NCBI GenBank assembly: GCA_944392265.1
Contig: CALXWC010000001.1
Location: forward strand, 32,237 to 96,236
Reading direction: 5' to 3'
Length of the DNA stretch: 64,000 nucleotides
From: an uncultured Alphaproteobacteria bacterium
GTDB taxonomy: Bacteria; Pseudomonadota; Alphaproteobacteria; RF32; CAG-239
This document shows, one piece after another, positions 61,558 to 64,000 of the stretch (position 1 is the stretch's first letter; each line of letters opens with the position of its first letter). The translations under genes were made by a program, and so were the position numbers. The notes under the pieces were generated by a model. The model ran no database searches, was not told the origin of the DNA, and worked only from the letters and a program-made list of their open reading frames with translations.

Positions 61558-62115
61558 TTAGGCTTTTTTTGATGCTAAAAAGGCTTCAACCTTTTGGATA
61601 TCTGCCTCTTCTTTAGCTTTTTTTTCAGCTTCAAGAATGGCATTCTGGCGCCTTATTTCGTCCTCTCTAGTGTCATCATAATCTTTCTTTATTGCCGACT
61701 TCTTGTTCCTAATTTCTTCTATGTTTTTTGCACCATAGGCTTTCAATAGTTTTGTCACTGCTGGGCTGCAACTAATATCCAGCAAAGTTTTGACCTCATA
61801 ATGAGAACGGCAACAAATCTCTAGCGGATAACTTCGCAATTCTCTCACCCAAACCTGAACTCGTGTATTTGGATCCAGACCTTTTTCAAGAAGCTCTATC
61901 ATCTTACCAATATCTGCATTTTTACATGCTTCTATCAATTCTTTCTTTTCCCGATTTTGGGCTTCAGCCTCTGCTTTTGCTTTTTGTCTCTCGACCTCTT
62001 TTTTCTGTCTTTCGACTTCTTTTCGGGTTCTATATTTTTTCCAATAGAAAAACAAATAGACTAGTAAGCTACTTACCAGAACACACACTACAAAAATAAT
62101 TAAAAATTTTTCCAT
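61558..62115 (-). CDS. Membrane-anchored coiled-coil/ankyrin-like protein, paralog 1
   Basis: TM segment, KEVERQK repeats, LIEACKNADIGKMIELLEKGLDPN and TLLD..VTKLLKAYGAK. Confidence 0.75.
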   Translation of the reverse strand: MEKFLIIFVVCVLVSSLLVYLFFYWKKYRTRKEVERQKKEVERQKAKAEAEAQNREKKELIEACKNADIGKMIELLEKGLDPNTRVQVWVRELRSYPLEICCRSHYEVKTLLDISCSPAVTKLLKAYGAKNIEEIRNKKSAIKKDYDDTREDEIRRQNAILEAEKKAKEEADIQKVEAFLASKKA

Positions 62116-62209
62116 GACTTTTTATTTTAATTGTAAAAATAATATTTTTTATAAAGAAGATGTATCATATTTTGGATAAGAGTGCAACACAAAATTTAGA
62201 CAAAAATTT

Positions 62210-62280
62210 TCAATTTTCCTACTCAAAAGCTTAAAATCATCATAAAAATTAGTCCGATAATTGCACAGTATCGCACACCA
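62210..62280. repeat. Conserved boundary module, copy A (att-like)
   Basis: TCAATTTTCCTACTCAAAAGCTTAAAATCATCATAAAAATTAGTCCGATAATTGCACAGTATCGCACACCA. Confidence 0.7.
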
Positions 62281-62328
62281 TATAATAAAAAAGCACCGCC
62301 TTTCTTCAAGCGGTGCTCTTTTTCATAC

Positions 62329-62871
62329 TTAGGCTTTTTTTGATGCTAAAAAGGCTTCAACCTTTTGCATATCTGCCTCTTCTTTAGCTTTTTTTTCAGC
62401 TTCAAGAATGGCATCCTGGCGCCTTATTTCGGCTACTTCTGCATCATGACGAGCTTTCTCTATTGCGGCCTCTTCTTCCCTAATTGCCTTAATAGTTTTA
62501 GCTCCATAGGATCTCAAGAGCTTTCTCAATGCCGGACCCGAACTAATGTCCAGCAAAGTTCTGGTTTCATAATGAGAACAGTCACAATACTCTGGAGGAC
62601 TACTCCAACACTCATTCACCCAAACCTGAACCGTTATGTTAGGATCAAGACCTTTTTCAAGGAGCTCAATTACCTTGTCGATATCTGCATTTTTACATGC
62701 TTCTATCAATTCTTTCTTTTCCCGACTTCTGGCTCTTGCTTTCTGTCTTTCAACTTCTGCTTTCTGTCTTTCGACTTCTTTTCTGGCGCTGTCTTTTTTC
62801 AAATAGAAAAACAAATACACTAGCAGACCTATAGCCAGAACACACACAGCAAAAATAAATTTTTTTTCCAT
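62329..62871 (-). CDS. Membrane-anchored coiled-coil/ankyrin-like protein, paralog 2
   Basis: Same architecture as paralog 1; identical C-terminus QKVEAFLASKKA. Confidence 0.75.
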   Translation of the reverse strand: MEKKFIFAVCVLAIGLLVYLFFYLKKDSARKEVERQKAEVERQKARARSREKKELIEACKNADIDKVIELLEKGLDPNITVQVWVNECWSSPPEYCDCSHYETRTLLDISSGPALRKLLRSYGAKTIKAIREEEAAIEKARHDAEVAEIRRQDAILEAEKKAKEEADMQKVEAFLASKKA

Positions 62872-62971
62872 AGTTTTTTTATTTTAATTGAATAATAATA
62901 TTTTTTATAAAGAACATGTATCATATTTTGAACAAAAGTGCAACACAAAATTTAGACAAAATTATATTTTT

Positions 62972-63042
62972 TCAATTTTTCTTCTTATTTTATCAAACCC
63001 ATCATAGTTTTTAGTCCGATAATTGCTCAATAAAAGTGCACC
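62972..63042. repeat. Conserved boundary module, copy B
   Basis: ...CATCATAGTTTTTAGTCCGATAATTGCTCAATAAAAGTGCACC. Confidence 0.7.
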
Positions 63043-63260
63043 TTTTTGATATATCCGCATTAATAGTGGATTTATTAAAATGTGTAAAAAATTAGCCCTT
63101 CATGAATTCAATCAATCTGGGCTAAATTTTGAACTTTACCTACTTTCTTACCCTTAAGAGATATTGGTATAATCCATTTATCCTTATACTTCGATAATAT
63201 AAGATTTCTATACCTCTTTTCAGACGTCACTAAGTAAATTACCTATATTTAGACAGCATA

Positions 63261-63743
63261 TCATCGAAGCCATTTATCCAGCATTTCTTTACGCTTTTTA
63301 GTTTCTATGATATTGTTTTTTTCTATTTCTCTCTTGTCATTATTTATAGCACTCACGGTATCCTTCCTTGCTCGTTCTAAAAAAGGCTTTATAGGATTAT
63401 TGTCTAAAATTTTATCAAAAAGCGTTTCTTTCTTCATAGCTTCTTCAAAATTTCGAGCTCCCTTGCTACCGCCGCTACCTCCTGCCATCCACTCATAACT
63501 TCCGACTTTTATACTAGGCAACGTAATTTCATGAGAAAGAATAAACTTGCGTACAGCAGCTTTCATGGTAACTAAGTAATCTTCGTTTTGACAATATGCC
63601 CCATGACAACCTTCTTTGACTTGCCATCCCATAGATATTGTCAAACTCACACCTTTTTCGGTCTTATATTTTACTTCGGCCCCATCTACGCGCCCATATT
63701 TATCCTTCGTTAGTTTTATTTTAGAGTTATTATTTTCAGCCAT
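63261..63743 (-). CDS. Hypothetical protein, ~160 aa
   Basis: SD GGAGG precedes ATG 63743. Unrelated to the two ankyrin-like paralogs. Confidence 0.7.
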   Translation of the reverse strand: MAENNNSKIKLTKDKYGRVDGAEVKYKTEKGVSLTISMGWQVKEGCHGAYCQNEDYLVTMKAAVRKFILSHEITLPSIKVGSYEWMAGGSGGSKGARNFEEAMKKETLFDKILDNNPIKPFLERARKDTVSAINNDKREIEKNNIIETKKRKEMLDKWLR

Positions 63744-63918
63744 GTCAACCTCCATAATTTATTTTGTATTTTATAACAAATTTATAAAAAAATCAATTTA
63801 TAAAAAATTGTCAAAGTGGGTATTATATTTTTTAAGTAATTGTATTTTTAATAAAAAAGCAGTCCCTGCATACCTGGACAGAAAGATAAATTATTTTTTT
63901 ACTAATATAACAAATACC

Positions 63919-63997
63919 TCAATTTTCCGCTCAAAAGCTTAAAGTCATCATAGTTTTTAGCCCGATAATTGCACAGGTAAAGTGCATTATATCACCA
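63919..63997. repeat. Conserved boundary module, copy C
   Basis: TCAATTTTCCGCTCAAAAGCTTAAAGTCATCATAGTTTTTAGCCCGATAATTGCACAGGTAAAGTGCATTATATCACCA. Confidence 0.7.
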
Positions 63998-64000
63998 CGA

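Larger units (their letters stand above)
61504..63042. repeat. Diverged tandem duplication, two ~770-bp units (61504-62275 and 62276-63042)
   Basis: Both units start CACCATATAATAAAAAA..CACCGCCTTTCTTCAAGCGGTG and carry a terminator, a paralogous gene and an upstream region. Confidence 0.9.

Noticed and set aside
63140-63260. Short minus-strand reading frame after the 63261 gene
   Set aside because: In-frame TAG after five codons, under 40 codons in total, and no recognisable homology.
62210-63997. Classical integron attC sites or Xer dif sites
   Set aside because: No RYYYAAC...GTTRRRY ends and no convincing TTATGTTAAAT XerD arm. Kept instead as an unclassified att-like module.

Overview
AT-rich bacterial chromosome segment from an alphaproteobacterium. 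The tolC-popZ, pyrH-frr-uppS-cdsA-rseP-bamA-lpxD-fabZ, plsY-dprA-topA and ptsP-rodZ-ispG-prfA gene orders support this. An uncultured, streamlined, probably gut-associated Rhodospirillales-related lineage is my inference. Most of the window is housekeeping: glgP, pgk, gapA, pfkA, argS, serS, dnaE, rpsU, oligoendopeptidase F and tRNA-Thr(GGT). Five things stand out. (1) Starting at tRNA-Thr there is a 215-bp structured element ending in an exact 18-bp copy of the tRNA 3' end. It is followed by at least three single-gene units, each bounded by a conserved ~60-80-bp module that resembles the tRNA T-arm/3' end. This is a candidate tRNA-anchored gene-cassette array running off the window end. (2) A lone mosaic flagellin-like gene lies behind a clear sigma70 promoter and a ~240-nt structured leader that looks like a riboswitch or attenuator. 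(3) Several intact but catalytically degenerate or truncated enzymes: CoaD-like/HD fusion, half DEAD-box helicase, membrane-anchored MEMO1-AMMECR1 fusion, and uridyltransferase-only GlmU. (4) Apparent xenologs: a Bacteroidales-like gapA and CPA2 antiporter, and a Thermus-type serS. (5) Accessory orphan genes with Shine-Dalgarno-less leaders. No CRISPR array, transposase or integrase is visible. All homology calls come from motif recognition by eye, not from database searches.
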